NCBI RefSeq assembly: GCF_965662665.1
Contig: NZ_CBFIIF010000012.1
Location: forward strand, 3,098 to 67,097
DNA length: 64,000 nt
Direction: 5' to 3'
Origin: Congregibacter sp.
GTDB lineage: Bacteria > Pseudomonadota > Gammaproteobacteria > Pseudomonadales > Halieaceae
In this document: positions 12,356 through 22,173 of the stretch, one piece after another
Position numbering within the stretch: position 1 is the stretch's first letter
How the letters are laid out: each line of letters opens with the position of its first letter
Program-made: the position numbers and the translations under genes
Notes under the pieces: model-generated
Seen by the model: the letters and a program-made list of their open reading frames with translations, nothing else
Database searches by the model: none
What the model was told of the DNA's origin: nothing

Positions 12356-13542
12356 GCGAGACCCTCACCCGCAGGCAGCTGTTCGTGCTCATCACAGCGC
12401 TTATGGCGACAGGTATTGGTCAGTCGCTGGTGTTTGCGATTCTGGCCCCTCTTGGTCGTGAGGTTGATCTGGCGGAGGTGCAAATCACCTCGATCATTGC
12501 GCTTTCAGCCCTTATCTTCGCGATCGCCTCCCCTTACTGGGGGCGACTGTCGGACAAAGTAGGTCGCAAGCCCGTCATCCTCATTGGTCTCATCGGATAC
12601 ACCGTGGGTACGCTGCTTTTCACGTCGGTGTTTATGGCAGGGCTTACGGGCGTCTTATCCGGACTCGCGCTGTACAGCGTTCTGCTGCTTACCCGCTGTA
12701 GTCAAGCTGTTGTGATGTCGGCGACAAGCCCGTCAACAACTGCCTACGCTGCTGATAGCACGAGCACCAGTGAACGGACCGCGGCCATGGCTAAATTGGG
12801 CACCGCCAATAGCCTCGGTATGATTCTGGGACCAGCAGTGAGTGGAGCCCTCGCGACCTTGGGACTGCTCGCGCCCCTCTACTTCGCGGGCGCCCTGTCT
12901 GCGGCAGCGGCCGTCTTGGTGTGGCGAGCGCTGCCCGGCATCCCTGCTCCACAACGCCAAAGTCACGGTCGACCAAAACGCATGCGATTTTTGGACCCCC
13001 GGATCAGACGTTTTGCACTCACGGCGATTGGCCTGTTCACGGGATTTTCGGCCATTCAGCAAACACTCGGGTTCCAGCTCCAGGACCAACTGGAACTCAC
13101 GGGAGTAGAAACTGCGCAGTACACTGGCGCGGCCTTGATGGTCTCGGCGGTGTTTACCTTCGTCATTCAGGTCACTGCCATGCAGCGTCTCAAGTTACCG
13201 CCCCACATCTTTGTCCGCACGGGACTGGCATTCATGGCGCTGGGATCACTACTTATCGCAAGTTTTAGCAATTTCTGGATGTTGGCTCTAGGAATGGCAC
13301 TGATGGGCACGGGGCTGGGCTTATCCATGCCTGCAATCACTGCGGGGGCATCCATCGCGGTGAGCCCGGAGGAACAAGGGGGCGCAGCGGGGGTGATTTC
13401 GGCCTGTCCTGCCGTAGGATTTGTGAGCGGCCCAATTATCGGAGGTCTGCTTTACCCCCTGGCGCCTTTCGGCCCTGCTCTGTTCTCTGCGGTGGTTTTC
13501 AGCGGCACCATTGCCATTTTATTCGGAACGTCGAAACGCTAA
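12352..13542 (+). CDS. MFS transporter (DHA1/TetA-like)
   Basis: About 12 hydrophobic segments; motif A GRLSDKVGRKP; overlaps the SDR stop (ATGA). Confidence 0.9.
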   Translation: MSETLTRRQLFVLITALMATGIGQSLVFAILAPLGREVDLAEVQITSIIALSALIFAIASPYWGRLSDKVGRKPVILIGLIGYTVGTLLFTSVFMAGLTGVLSGLALYSVLLLTRCSQAVVMSATSPSTTAYAADSTSTSERTAAMAKLGTANSLGMILGPAVSGALATLGLLAPLYFAGALSAAAAVLVWRALPGIPAPQRQSHGRPKRMRFLDPRIRRFALTAIGLFTGFSAIQQTLGFQLQDQLELTGVETAQYTGAALMVSAVFTFVIQVTAMQRLKLPPHIFVRTGLAFMALGSLLIASFSNFWMLALGMALMGTGLGLSMPAITAGASIAVSPEEQGGAAGVISACPAVGFVSGPIIGGLLYPLAPFGPALFSAVVFSGTIAILFGTSKR

Positions 13543-13979
13543 GCGCTAACGGCTATTGCCTCGAGCGCTTCGCGCATCTGAGCAGGAATGGGAACTGGCT
13601 TGTTGCTGGCTCGATCAACAAACACATGCGTGAAGGTGCCATTGGCACAGGCTTTTTCATCTCCCTCGCGAAAAATACCAATGCCGTACTGTACTGAGCT
13701 GTTGCCTAATCGATCGACGCGCAAGGCTCCCTGGAGGGGCTCCGGGTACGCCACCGGCGAGTAGTAATCGCAGCCAGAATTCACCACAAGTCCTACCGTG
13801 TCGCCATCATGAATATCCAGTCCGCCCTCATCGATCAGGTAACGATTAGCGACGGAATCAAAGTAGCTGTAATAAATAACGTTGTTTACGTGCCCGTAAA
13901 CATCATTGTCGGACCAGCGTGTTGTGATTGCCGTGAACCAGGGGTAGTCCGTGCGCGCGGGGGGCTGAGCTCTGGACAT
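13539..13979 (-). CDS. Acyl-CoA thioesterase (4HBT/YbgC hotdog family)
   Basis: RWSDNDVYGHVNNVIYYSYFD motif. Confidence 0.9.
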   Translation of the reverse strand: MSRAQPPARTDYPWFTAITTRWSDNDVYGHVNNVIYYSYFDSVANRYLIDEGGLDIHDGDTVGLVVNSGCDYYSPVAYPEPLQGALRVDRLGNSSVQYGIGIFREGDEKACANGTFTHVFVDRASNKPVPIPAQMREALEAIAVSA

Positions 13980-14032
13980 TCAATTACCTCGCTGTGGTTT
14001 AAGCGGCTGCAGCTATTGCCAGGATATCGCGC

Positions 14033-15187
14033 TCAAAACGAAGCGCGATAGATCCCCAGCGCATCATCGTAACTAACTTCTCGAGGGTTATTGATTAACA
14101 AGCGCTGCTGGAGCATCGCATCCTCTGCCAAAGTCTCGAGGCTCTCTTCCCCCACACCGGCGGCGCTGAGCGTCGCGGGCATGGATAAATCATCAATCAG
14201 CTCTTCGATAGCGACAATCAAAGTCTCTGCCCGGGCTTCTTCACTCCCCGATACAGAAGACCCTACGACTATCTCTGCAAGCTCGGCGTAGAGCCCTGTC
14301 GCCATAGGCAGATTGAATCGCATAACCTCCGGCAGTACGAGAGAATTGCTTAATCCATGGGGAATATGAAAATGCCCCCCTAGTGGATACGCCAGAGCGT
14401 GCACCGCGCCTACGGGCGCATTGGCAAAGGCCTGGCCGGCCTGCATTGCGCCCAGCAACATCGCCGCTCGCGCATCGCGCTGGCGACCATCATGCACCGC
14501 CGTGCGGATGTTGTTCGCAAGCAGTGCTAAGGCGCTGCGCGCCAGATTATCTGACACAGGGTTTTTCTTAATCTTGGACGTATACGCCTCGATGGCATGC
14601 ACCATGGCATCGACGCCGGTCATAGCGGTGATATGGCTGGGTAGCCCCAGAGTCAGGTCTGCATCCAAAACTGCAATGTCCGGGAGCAAAACCGCTGAAC
14701 TCACACCTGCTTTTGTGGTTTCTCCGGTAGTGACAATAGCAACCGGAGTCACCTCGGAGCCCGTCCCCGCAGTGGTCGGCACGAGAATAAGTGGCAAGCG
14801 TCCGCCGCTAAGCTGCTCAACGCCGTACATGTCGCTCAGCGGCTGATCTGAGCAAAGCAGCGCTGCCGCGACTTTCGCGACATCCATAGAGCTGCCACCG
14901 CCCACGGCAATTACGCCATCAACCCCGGCAGCCTTGCCTGCATCTACCGCCGCAAATACCACCGCTTCCGGCGGATCTTCACTGACTTTGGGGAATAAAC
15001 AGACCTCTACGCCGGCGGCACAGAGAGCATCCTGGACCGGGGCAATGAGGCCAATAGCGACAAGCCCGGGATCCGTAACCAATAGTGCGTTCTGAACTCC
15101 CAGCGAGGCGCAGTGCTCTGCCAGCTTCAGTGCTTCACCACTTCCACTGACAAGGCGCGCGACGGTATTAAAGGCGAATGACTGCAT
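14033..15187 (-). CDS. Iron-containing alcohol dehydrogenase
   Basis: GGGSSMDVAK, PTTAGTGSE, DAMVHAIE, HALAYPLGGHFHIPHG metal ligands. Confidence 0.93.
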   Translation of the reverse strand: MQSFAFNTVARLVSGSGEALKLAEHCASLGVQNALLVTDPGLVAIGLIAPVQDALCAAGVEVCLFPKVSEDPPEAVVFAAVDAGKAAGVDGVIAVGGGSSMDVAKVAAALLCSDQPLSDMYGVEQLSGGRLPLILVPTTAGTGSEVTPVAIVTTGETTKAGVSSAVLLPDIAVLDADLTLGLPSHITAMTGVDAMVHAIEAYTSKIKKNPVSDNLARSALALLANNIRTAVHDGRQRDARAAMLLGAMQAGQAFANAPVGAVHALAYPLGGHFHIPHGLSNSLVLPEVMRFNLPMATGLYAELAEIVVGSSVSGSEEARAETLIVAIEELIDDLSMPATLSAAGVGEESLETLAEDAMLQQRLLINNPREVSYDDALGIYRASF

Positions 15188-15194
15188 GCCGGAA

Positions 15195-16175
15195 CTACTC
15201 CATCGTAATGATGACCTTACCCCGTGCTAAGCGTCCGGTCATCACATCATAGGCCTGCTCATAATCCTCCAGAGCAAACACGTCGTTAATCGCTGGCTTC
15301 AGCTTACCCTCGGCAAACAAACCCCAGAGCTCTTTGATGTTCTGCAAGTGCACCGCCGGTTCCTCGGCAATAAAACGTCCCCAAAACACACCAACAATAG
15401 AGCAGCCCTTGAGCAGAGCAAGATTCAGTGGAATCTCTGGAATGGGCCCGCTGGCAAAACCAATCACCAGATAGCGTCCGTTCCACGCCATGCCGCGCAA
15501 TGCGGGCTCAGCGTAATCACCCCCCACGGGGTCATAAACAACATCAACGCCCTTACCACCGGTCAGCTCTTTTACTGTCGCCTTTAGGTCCTGCTCGCTA
15601 TAGTTGATGGTCTCATCCGCGCCTAGCTCGCGACACATAGCCAGCTTTTCTTCAGAACTCGCTGCGGCAATCACCTTAGCGCCCATCATTTTGCCGAGCT
15701 CCACGGCAGTGGAACCCACGCCACCAGCAGCGCCGAGCACTAGCAAGGTTTCGCCCTCTTTAAGATCTGCGCGCTGTTTTAAAGCGTGGTAAGAGGTGAA
15801 GTAGGTCATGGCAACGCCGGCCGCCTGGGTAAAGTCGAGACCCTCAGGCATGGGCATCACCGCATTTTGATCTGCCGCAATTTGATCACGAAAAGCGCCG
15901 CTGCCGGTCATCGCGATCACCTTGTCGCCAACCTTGTAACGCTCAACGCCTTCGCCGACAGACAACACGACACCCGCGCACTCGCCACCGGGAGAGAACG
16001 GCATGTCCGGCTGAAACTGGTACTTCCCCTGGATAACCAGTACATCGGGAAAATTCAGCCCGGCTGCCTTAACGTCGATAACAACCTGACCCGCCTCGGC
16101 TGTTGGCTCCGGATGATCGGTCGCAAGCTGCAGCTTGTCGGCCATCCCGTGTTCTGTGCAAAGTAGTGCGCGCAT
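15195..16175 (-). CDS. NADPH:quinone oxidoreductase (zeta-crystallin/MDR family)
   Basis: GLNFPD, GAAGGVG, VVYDPVGG, GKVII; no zinc ligands. Confidence 0.9.
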   Translation of the reverse strand: MRALLCTEHGMADKLQLATDHPEPTAEAGQVVIDVKAAGLNFPDVLVIQGKYQFQPDMPFSPGGECAGVVLSVGEGVERYKVGDKVIAMTGSGAFRDQIAADQNAVMPMPEGLDFTQAAGVAMTYFTSYHALKQRADLKEGETLLVLGAAGGVGSTAVELGKMMGAKVIAAASSEEKLAMCRELGADETINYSEQDLKATVKELTGGKGVDVVYDPVGGDYAEPALRGMAWNGRYLVIGFASGPIPEIPLNLALLKGCSIVGVFWGRFIAEEPAVHLQNIKELWGLFAEGKLKPAINDVFALEDYEQAYDVMTGRLARGKVIITME

Positions 16176-16238
16176 CTAAATCTTCCTATGTTTTCTTTAC
16201 TGGTGTCTTCAGGTGTATTCGATGCCGCAAGCGCGACG

Positions 16239-16367
16239 GTCGCAGGTGCAGTATGCGGGTGTGTTGTGAGCGGGCGTCACGCGCCCAGGATGGCGCGTGC
16301 CGAGCAAGTCATGGATGACGTCTTTTAGCGTCCCGCTCACGGCATTCCCGCATGCTGTGCCTGTGAC
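16239..16367 (+). ncRNA. Putative structured RNA or miniature inverted-repeat element with two GGA-loop hairpins
   Basis: 36-nt arms 16239-16274 and 16332-16367 pair with 28 Watson-Crick pairs, 7 G-U pairs and 1 mismatch on the + strand. The interior has hairpins with CAGGAU and AUGGAU loops. Confidence 0.55.
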
Positions 16368-16393
16368 TATTGCACAAAGCATCGCATCAGGGC

Positions 16394-17572
16394 TTACAGT
16401 ACTTCAAACAGCCCTGCTGCACCCATACCACCACCCACACACATGGTGATGACAACGTACTTAACGCCGCGTCGCTTACCTTCGATAAGTGCGTGGCCAA
16501 TCATGCGCGAGCCACTCATGCCGTAGGGGTGACCAATGGCGATAGCGCCGCCGCTGACGTTCAGCTTGTCATTATCGATGCCCAGGACATCACGACAATG
16601 CAATACCTGTACCGCAAAGGCTTCGTTGAGCTCCCAAAGGCCGATGTCATCGACGGTCAGACCATGCTGCTTGAGCAGCTTGGGTACGGCGTAAATAGGG
16701 CCAATACCCATTTCATCAGGCTCAAGACCCGCGACCGCAATACCCCGGTACAGCCCTAAAGGCTCCAGACCACGCTGCTCCGCAACTTTTGAATCCATGA
16801 TCAACTGTGCCGACGCGCCGTCAGACAGCTGCGAGGCGTTACCAGCGGTGATGGTGCCGCCTTCAATCACGGTTTTCAGACCCGCAAGAGCCTCTGGGGT
16901 CGTAGCGCGAATACCTTCGTCACGGCTGACCGTTGCTTCAGCCTCAGACTGCTCGCCCGTTTCCTTGTTCCACACTATGCGCTTGCAGGTCACTGGCGTC
17001 AGCTCTGCATCGTAACGGCCTTGCTCATAAGCTTCCGCTACTCGCTGCTGCGATTGAAGACCGTACTCGTCCATTGCGTCACGGCTAATGCCATAGCGCT
17101 TGGCAACGGTTTCCGCCGTCTGCAGCATGGGCATGTAAATATCGGGATGCATTGCCACTAGCTCTGGATCTGCCGCGCGATGCAGGTTCATATGCTCGTT
17201 CTGCACCAGCGAGATCGAATCAAGACCACCGCCTACGACGATATCCATGCCGTCATACATAACCTGCTTGGCGGCAGTGGCTACTGCCATCAAACCGGAC
17301 GAACACTGGCGATCAATCGTCATACCCGACACGGTGACGGGCAAGCCTGCTCGCAAGGCAATCTGCCGAGCGACGTTCTGGCCGCCGCTGCCCTGCTGGA
17401 GCGCAGCGCCCATGATCACATCTTCGATTTCGCCGGGCTCAACACCCGCGCGACGCACCGCTTCACTCACGGCCGCAGCACCCATAGTGGGGGCTGGCAG
17501 ATTGTTAAACCCGCCGCGATAGGCCTTTGCGATAGGTGTACGCGCTGTCGATACGATTACTGCTTCTTTCAT
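16394..17572 (-). CDS. Acetyl-CoA C-acyltransferase (thiolase)
   Basis: [27 protein letters not shown]. Confidence 0.95.
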   Translation of the reverse strand: MKEAVIVSTARTPIAKAYRGGFNNLPAPTMGAAAVSEAVRRAGVEPGEIEDVIMGAALQQGSGGQNVARQIALRAGLPVTVSGMTIDRQCSSGLMAVATAAKQVMYDGMDIVVGGGLDSISLVQNEHMNLHRAADPELVAMHPDIYMPMLQTAETVAKRYGISRDAMDEYGLQSQQRVAEAYEQGRYDAELTPVTCKRIVWNKETGEQSEAEATVSRDEGIRATTPEALAGLKTVIEGGTITAGNASQLSDGASAQLIMDSKVAEQRGLEPLGLYRGIAVAGLEPDEMGIGPIYAVPKLLKQHGLTVDDIGLWELNEAFAVQVLHCRDVLGIDNDKLNVSGGAIAIGHPYGMSGSRMIGHALIEGKRRGVKYVVITMCVGGGMGAAGLFEVL

Positions 17573-17588
17573 AACTTGTCTCCTGAAA

Positions 17589-17608
17589 GACGGCGAAGCA
17601 TCGCCGTC
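17589..17608. other. Intercistronic stem-loop
   Basis: gacggcga-agca-tcgccgtc between the SDR and the thiolase. Confidence 0.5.
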
Positions 17609-17638
17609 AAAAAATTGCTCGCCTTAAAAACTCGCTGC

Positions 17639-18559
17639 TTACTCGAGAGAAATACCCAAACCTGCGGCAGCCTGTGTCAGCATCTTGCCCGACTGCTCAA
17701 AACCAGCCTGCAACGCGCGTCCACCCTCGGCGGCGGAAATCACACCCCAGTGAGCGGCGATACCTTCGGGCGTTTGCTCCTCAGGTTTCAGCCAGCAGCC
17801 TTCGCTCTCAACAATTTTTGATACAGCGTAGGAACCTGCTCCGGCACAAAGAATCGTGCGATTTGGACCGTCCTCGCTCACCAGGTACAGCACCGCCGGT
17901 GTGACGGTTTCGGGAGTCAGCAACTCGAACATTTTCTCCGGCATGAGGCCGTCAGTCATTCGTGTTCCCGCTGTTGGAGCCAGCGCATTCACACGGATGT
18001 TGTACTTCGCGCCTTCGAGAACCAATGTGTTCATCAGCCCGATAACGCCCATCTTGGCCGAGCCGTAGTTGGTCTGGCCAAAGTTTCCGTAGAGACCGGA
18101 GGAGGATGTGGTGACCACTACCCGACCGTACTCCTGCTCTTTCATGATCTCCCAGCAGGCTCGCGTGCAATAGACGGTGCCCATGAGATGAACGTTAAGT
18201 ACCAGCTCAAAATCTTCCATAGAGCCTTTGATGAAGCTCTTATCGCGAAGAATGCCTGCGTTGTTTACCAGAATATCAACGCGACCCCACTTCTCCATTG
18301 TCGCAGCGACCATGGCCTCAACTTCGGCGTAGTTGGCAACATTGGCGCCGTTGGCCATTGCCTCACCACCGGCTGCCTCTATCTCGGCGACCACTGCCAG
18401 AGCAGCATCAGACGAGGACCCCGTGCCATCTTTGGAGCCGCCCAAGTCATTAACTACGACCTTGGCACCGCGTTTTGCAAGCTCGATGGCATGACTGCGA
18501 CCCAGTCCCTGTCCAGCACCGGTAACAATAGCTACTCGACCGTCATAACGAATCGTCAT
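17639..18559 (-). CDS. SDR, MFE-2/HSD17B4-type (R)-3-hydroxyacyl-CoA dehydrogenase-like
   Basis: TGAGQGLGRSHA, VVVNDLGG, NNAGILRD, SSSGLYGNFGQTNYGSAK: the signature of the peroxisomal MFE-2 dehydrogenase family. Confidence 0.88.
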   Translation of the reverse strand: MTIRYDGRVAIVTGAGQGLGRSHAIELAKRGAKVVVNDLGGSKDGTGSSSDAALAVVAEIEAAGGEAMANGANVANYAEVEAMVAATMEKWGRVDILVNNAGILRDKSFIKGSMEDFELVLNVHLMGTVYCTRACWEIMKEQEYGRVVVTTSSSGLYGNFGQTNYGSAKMGVIGLMNTLVLEGAKYNIRVNALAPTAGTRMTDGLMPEKMFELLTPETVTPAVLYLVSEDGPNRTILCAGAGSYAVSKIVESEGCWLKPEEQTPEGIAAHWGVISAAEGGRALQAGFEQSGKMLTQAAAGLGISLE

Positions 18560-18583
18560 TCTCAATTACTCCTTTTGTATGTA

Positions 18584-19045
18584 TCAGCCGCAGACAATCA
18601 TGGCGAGAGACTCAGCGACGAGCGCGGGTGTTTCTACACCTTCAATCTCAACCGTGACCGACGATGTCAGCAAGAATCGGTTGTCATCTTTCTGATCAAC
18701 ACTGATCAATTCGCTGTGAGCGCGAATCCGCTTGCCCGCACGGACTGGATTCAGAAAACGCACTTTGTTCAGACCATAGTTAATGCCCATCACTACGTTC
18801 TCTGGTACCACACCGGTGCCTTCGCTCAACTTTGGCAGCATAGATAGCGAAAGGAAGCCGTGAGCGATGGTGCCACCAAAGGGCGTCTGCGCAGCTTTTT
18901 CCTCGTCAATGTGGATAAATTGATGGTCTTCGGTGCAGTCCGCAAAAGTATTGATGCGACCCTGATCCATCGTGGCCCACTCGCCGACAGTTTTATTGCC
19001 CACCTGATCCGCTAGCTGCTCTTTTGGTACGACCTTAACGCCCAT
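18584..19045 (-). CDS. MaoC/NodN-family dehydratase ((R)-enoyl-CoA hydratase-like)
   Basis: DHQFIHID, GTIAHGFLSLS, NYGLNKVRF. Confidence 0.9.
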   Translation of the reverse strand: MGVKVVPKEQLADQVGNKTVGEWATMDQGRINTFADCTEDHQFIHIDEEKAAQTPFGGTIAHGFLSLSMLPKLSEGTGVVPENVVMGINYGLNKVRFLNPVRAGKRIRAHSELISVDQKDDNRFLLTSSVTVEIEGVETPALVAESLAMIVCG

Positions 19046-19125
19046 ACGCTTTCACCTCTTCTACGCTAAATGTGATGTTCCGTAAGCGACGCCATGCGTC
19101 GCCCATGTTGAGTTACCCGCAGTTA

Positions 19126-20376
19126 TCAGCCGTCTCTGAAGGTGGCGTTGACCGGGTCCTGATCCATGTACTTCTTGAATTCATTTCGACCCACCACCAT
19201 GCGGTGAACGGCGTCAGGGCCGTCAGCAAGGCGCAAGGTACGCTGCCCCATGTACATCGTGGCCAGAGGAGTGTCTTGAGACACGCCCAGACCTCCAAAC
19301 ATCTGAATTGCCTCGTCGATTACCTTGAGAGTCACGTTCGGTACGGCGGTCTTGATCATGGAAATCCAGATGCGCGCTTCCTTTGGATCAACGTTATCCA
19401 TCATCCAGGCGGTCTTGAGCGTCAGCAGACGTGCTTGCTCAATGTCCATGCGGGCATTGGCAACGATGTCGATGTTGGCACCCAAGCGAGCCAAAGGCTT
19501 GCCAAACGCGACGCGCGTGGTGGCCCGCTGACACATGAGCTCCAGTGCCCGCTCCGCCGCGCCAAGAGCACGCATACAGTGATGAATACGGCCCGGTCCA
19601 AGACGACCCTGGGAGATCTCAAATCCACGGCCCGCACCCAAAATAACGTTGTCCTTGGGAACACGGACGTTGTTGAACGCCAACTGCATATGACCGTGGG
19701 GCGCATCGTCCATGGAGAAAACCTGCATGGGGCGAATAATCTCGACCCCCGGTGTGTCCATGGGCACGAGAATCTGTGACTGCTGCTTATGCTTGGCGGC
19801 ATCGGGATCGGTTTTGACCATCACGATCATAATCTTGCAGCGTGGATCGCCCGCACCGGATATCCAGTGCTTCTCGCCGTTGATGACCCACTCGTCACCC
19901 TCAAGAACCGCACTGGTACAGATATTCGTCGCATCCGAAGAGGCCACGCCGGGCTCGGTCATGGCGTAGGCGCTACGAATCTCGCCGTTCAAAAGCGGTG
20001 TAAGCCACTCGGCCTGCTGTGCTTCACTGCCGTATTTGGTCAGCACTTCCATGTTGCCAGTATCTGGCGCTGCGCAGTTAAAGGACTCTGCGGCCAAGTG
20101 CGATCGACCCATTTGCTCGGCCAGATAAGCGTACTCAACGGTAGTCAGACCACTGGCTTGCTCGCCTTCCGTGAGAAAGAAGTTCCATAAACCTTCGGCA
20201 CGCGCTTTTGCTTTGAGCGTCTCAATGATCTCCGTTTGTCGCTCGGTAAACTGCCAGCGATCACCTGTCGCAACCTCTGCGGCGTATTCCTTCTCTACCG
20301 GCACGACTTCCTCGTCGATAAACGCCGTGACGCGCGCCAACAACGGCGCTACTTTTTCCGAAACTCCTAGGTCCAT
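19126..20376 (-). CDS. Acyl-CoA dehydrogenase (FadE2/ACAD10-11 type)
   Basis: NCAAPDTGNMEVL, MTEPGVASSDATN, QGRLGPGRIHHCMR, LADGPDAVH. Confidence 0.93.
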   Translation of the reverse strand: MDLGVSEKVAPLLARVTAFIDEEVVPVEKEYAAEVATGDRWQFTERQTEIIETLKAKARAEGLWNFFLTEGEQASGLTTVEYAYLAEQMGRSHLAAESFNCAAPDTGNMEVLTKYGSEAQQAEWLTPLLNGEIRSAYAMTEPGVASSDATNICTSAVLEGDEWVINGEKHWISGAGDPRCKIMIVMVKTDPDAAKHKQQSQILVPMDTPGVEIIRPMQVFSMDDAPHGHMQLAFNNVRVPKDNVILGAGRGFEISQGRLGPGRIHHCMRALGAAERALELMCQRATTRVAFGKPLARLGANIDIVANARMDIEQARLLTLKTAWMMDNVDPKEARIWISMIKTAVPNVTLKVIDEAIQMFGGLGVSQDTPLATMYMGQRTLRLADGPDAVHRMVVGRNEFKKYMDQDPVNATFRDG

Positions 20377-20434
20377 GACCCGATCTCCTTGTGTGCATGC
20401 CCCACGTTCTTGCGGGGCAAATAAAATAGATCTC

Positions 20435-22132
20435 TTAAGCCGCTAGCTGTTCGCTCAGCTCCGCCTTGAGTTGTCGTTTAAAGATCTTGCCCGTAGCAAT
20501 GCGTGGCAGGGCTTCGTCATGAAAACGGACGTAGGCGGGAATTTTGAACCCAGCGATATGCTCTTTCAAAAAGCTTTGCAGCTCCTCGGCAGACAGGCTC
20601 TCGCCTTCGCGTAAGACCACACTCGCAGCAACTGCTTCGCCCAGGCGCTCATCGGGCACGCCGTAAACAGCAGCTTCACTGACCGAAGGATGCTGATAGA
20701 TGCCGGCTTCTACTTCGATACAGCTAATGTTTTCGCCGCCACGGATGATGATTTCCTTCATACGATCGACGATGAACAAAAACCCCTCATCATCGATGTA
20801 GCCCACATCACCTGTATGGAACCAACCATCGCGAAAAGCTTCTGCACTGGCTTCGGGCTTGTTCCAATAGCCAAGGCAATTCGCAGGAGAGTGAATACAC
20901 ACCTCGCCGCGCTCGCCCGCCGGAAGCGGCTGATCATTCTCATCGAAGATCGCAATGTCCGTAACCGCAGGTACTGGCCGCCCGGCACTGCCCGGCCTCG
21001 CGCGGTACACGGCGCCCGTATTGATAGTCCCCAGAGCATTAGTCTCGGTCAGCCCGTAGCCGATACCTGCCGATGAATGTTTAAAGGTCGTTGCGAGCTT
21101 CTCGACCTGTGCGGGCGGTCGCGCCGCACCACCACCATAAATCTCGGCAAGCGATGATAGGTCCCGATCGGACTCAGCCGCAGCAGCCTGAAGCTCCGCG
21201 GACATAGTAGGTACGCCGGTGAACCAGGTGATGCGCTCTTCCTCGATCATGCGAAGCGCTTCTTGCACGTCCCACTTGTGCATGATCACTAACTTGCGGC
21301 CCACAATGAGAGACAGCAAGAAAGCTGTGTGACTGCCGGTACAGTGAAACAGGGGGATAGTTAACAGGCCTGACGCCGGAAACTTTGCTGGCTGAGTGTC
21401 GCCACCGGCCTGCTTAGCTGACAAACCCAACAGCATCCAGCTGTAGAGTGCAGACAACATACCGCGGTGAGATGACAGTGCGCCTTTGGGATGCCCCGTG
21501 GATCCCGAGGTGTACATAATTGTCGCGTGATCGTCACCGCTTACTGCGACCTCGGGCATCTCGGCACCCGCATGCGCAGCTACCAGGTCCTCAAACTTAC
21601 TGAACTCCACCGCAAGACCATCACAATCGTCCACAGCGATGAGCTTAAGCTGCAGCTCATCCTGCAAAGGCAGCAGGCGCTCCATGCGCTGACGATCGAC
21701 GATCACCAGCTTTGCGCCGCAATCCTTTAAGCCGTAATCGAGCTCCTCGGTAGTCCACCAGGCGTTCATAGGCACAGCTACCGCACCAATGGACAGTACT
21801 GCAATAAAGCCCATCATCCACTGCGGGTTATTGCGGCTGAGAATCGCCACTCGATCACCGGGCTGCACACCGAAGTCATCAATAAGTGACCGAGCGAGCG
21901 CTGCGGATTGCGCGTAGCTCTCACCAAAGGTCATGCGGTCATCGCGATAGACCGTGAATTCCTTGTCCGCGTGATTCAGCATGAAGCGAAAGTACGCGGC
22001 CATATTCTTCGGTGCAGAAGCGAAGCTTCGATACTCCGCGCCATCGATGGTAACGGTGCTCAACGCAAAGGGTGCGCCGTCCTGGGTTAGCTGAGTGACA
22101 GCTTCATCAATTTTTTGCAGTTCTTCGCTCAT
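20435..22132 (-). CDS. Long-chain acyl-CoA synthetase (class I adenylate-forming)
   Basis: YTSGSTGHPKG, GYGLTET, FHTGD, RGGENI, ATGKI. Confidence 0.93.
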   Translation of the reverse strand: MSEELQKIDEAVTQLTQDGAPFALSTVTIDGAEYRSFASAPKNMAAYFRFMLNHADKEFTVYRDDRMTFGESYAQSAALARSLIDDFGVQPGDRVAILSRNNPQWMMGFIAVLSIGAVAVPMNAWWTTEELDYGLKDCGAKLVIVDRQRMERLLPLQDELQLKLIAVDDCDGLAVEFSKFEDLVAAHAGAEMPEVAVSGDDHATIMYTSGSTGHPKGALSSHRGMLSALYSWMLLGLSAKQAGGDTQPAKFPASGLLTIPLFHCTGSHTAFLLSLIVGRKLVIMHKWDVQEALRMIEEERITWFTGVPTMSAELQAAAAESDRDLSSLAEIYGGGAARPPAQVEKLATTFKHSSAGIGYGLTETNALGTINTGAVYRARPGSAGRPVPAVTDIAIFDENDQPLPAGERGEVCIHSPANCLGYWNKPEASAEAFRDGWFHTGDVGYIDDEGFLFIVDRMKEIIIRGGENISCIEVEAGIYQHPSVSEAAVYGVPDERLGEAVAASVVLREGESLSAEELQSFLKEHIAGFKIPAYVRFHDEALPRIATGKIFKRQLKAELSEQLAA

Positions 22133-22173
22133 ACTTTTTATAGGTTCCTGTACCTGCGGGGTAAATCAGCTCA

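Noticed and set aside
16239-16367. SRP RNA, 6S RNA or tRNA
   Set aside because: It lacks the SRP domain IV motif, a tRNA cloverleaf and the usual 6S genomic context, so it is kept only as an unclassified structured element.
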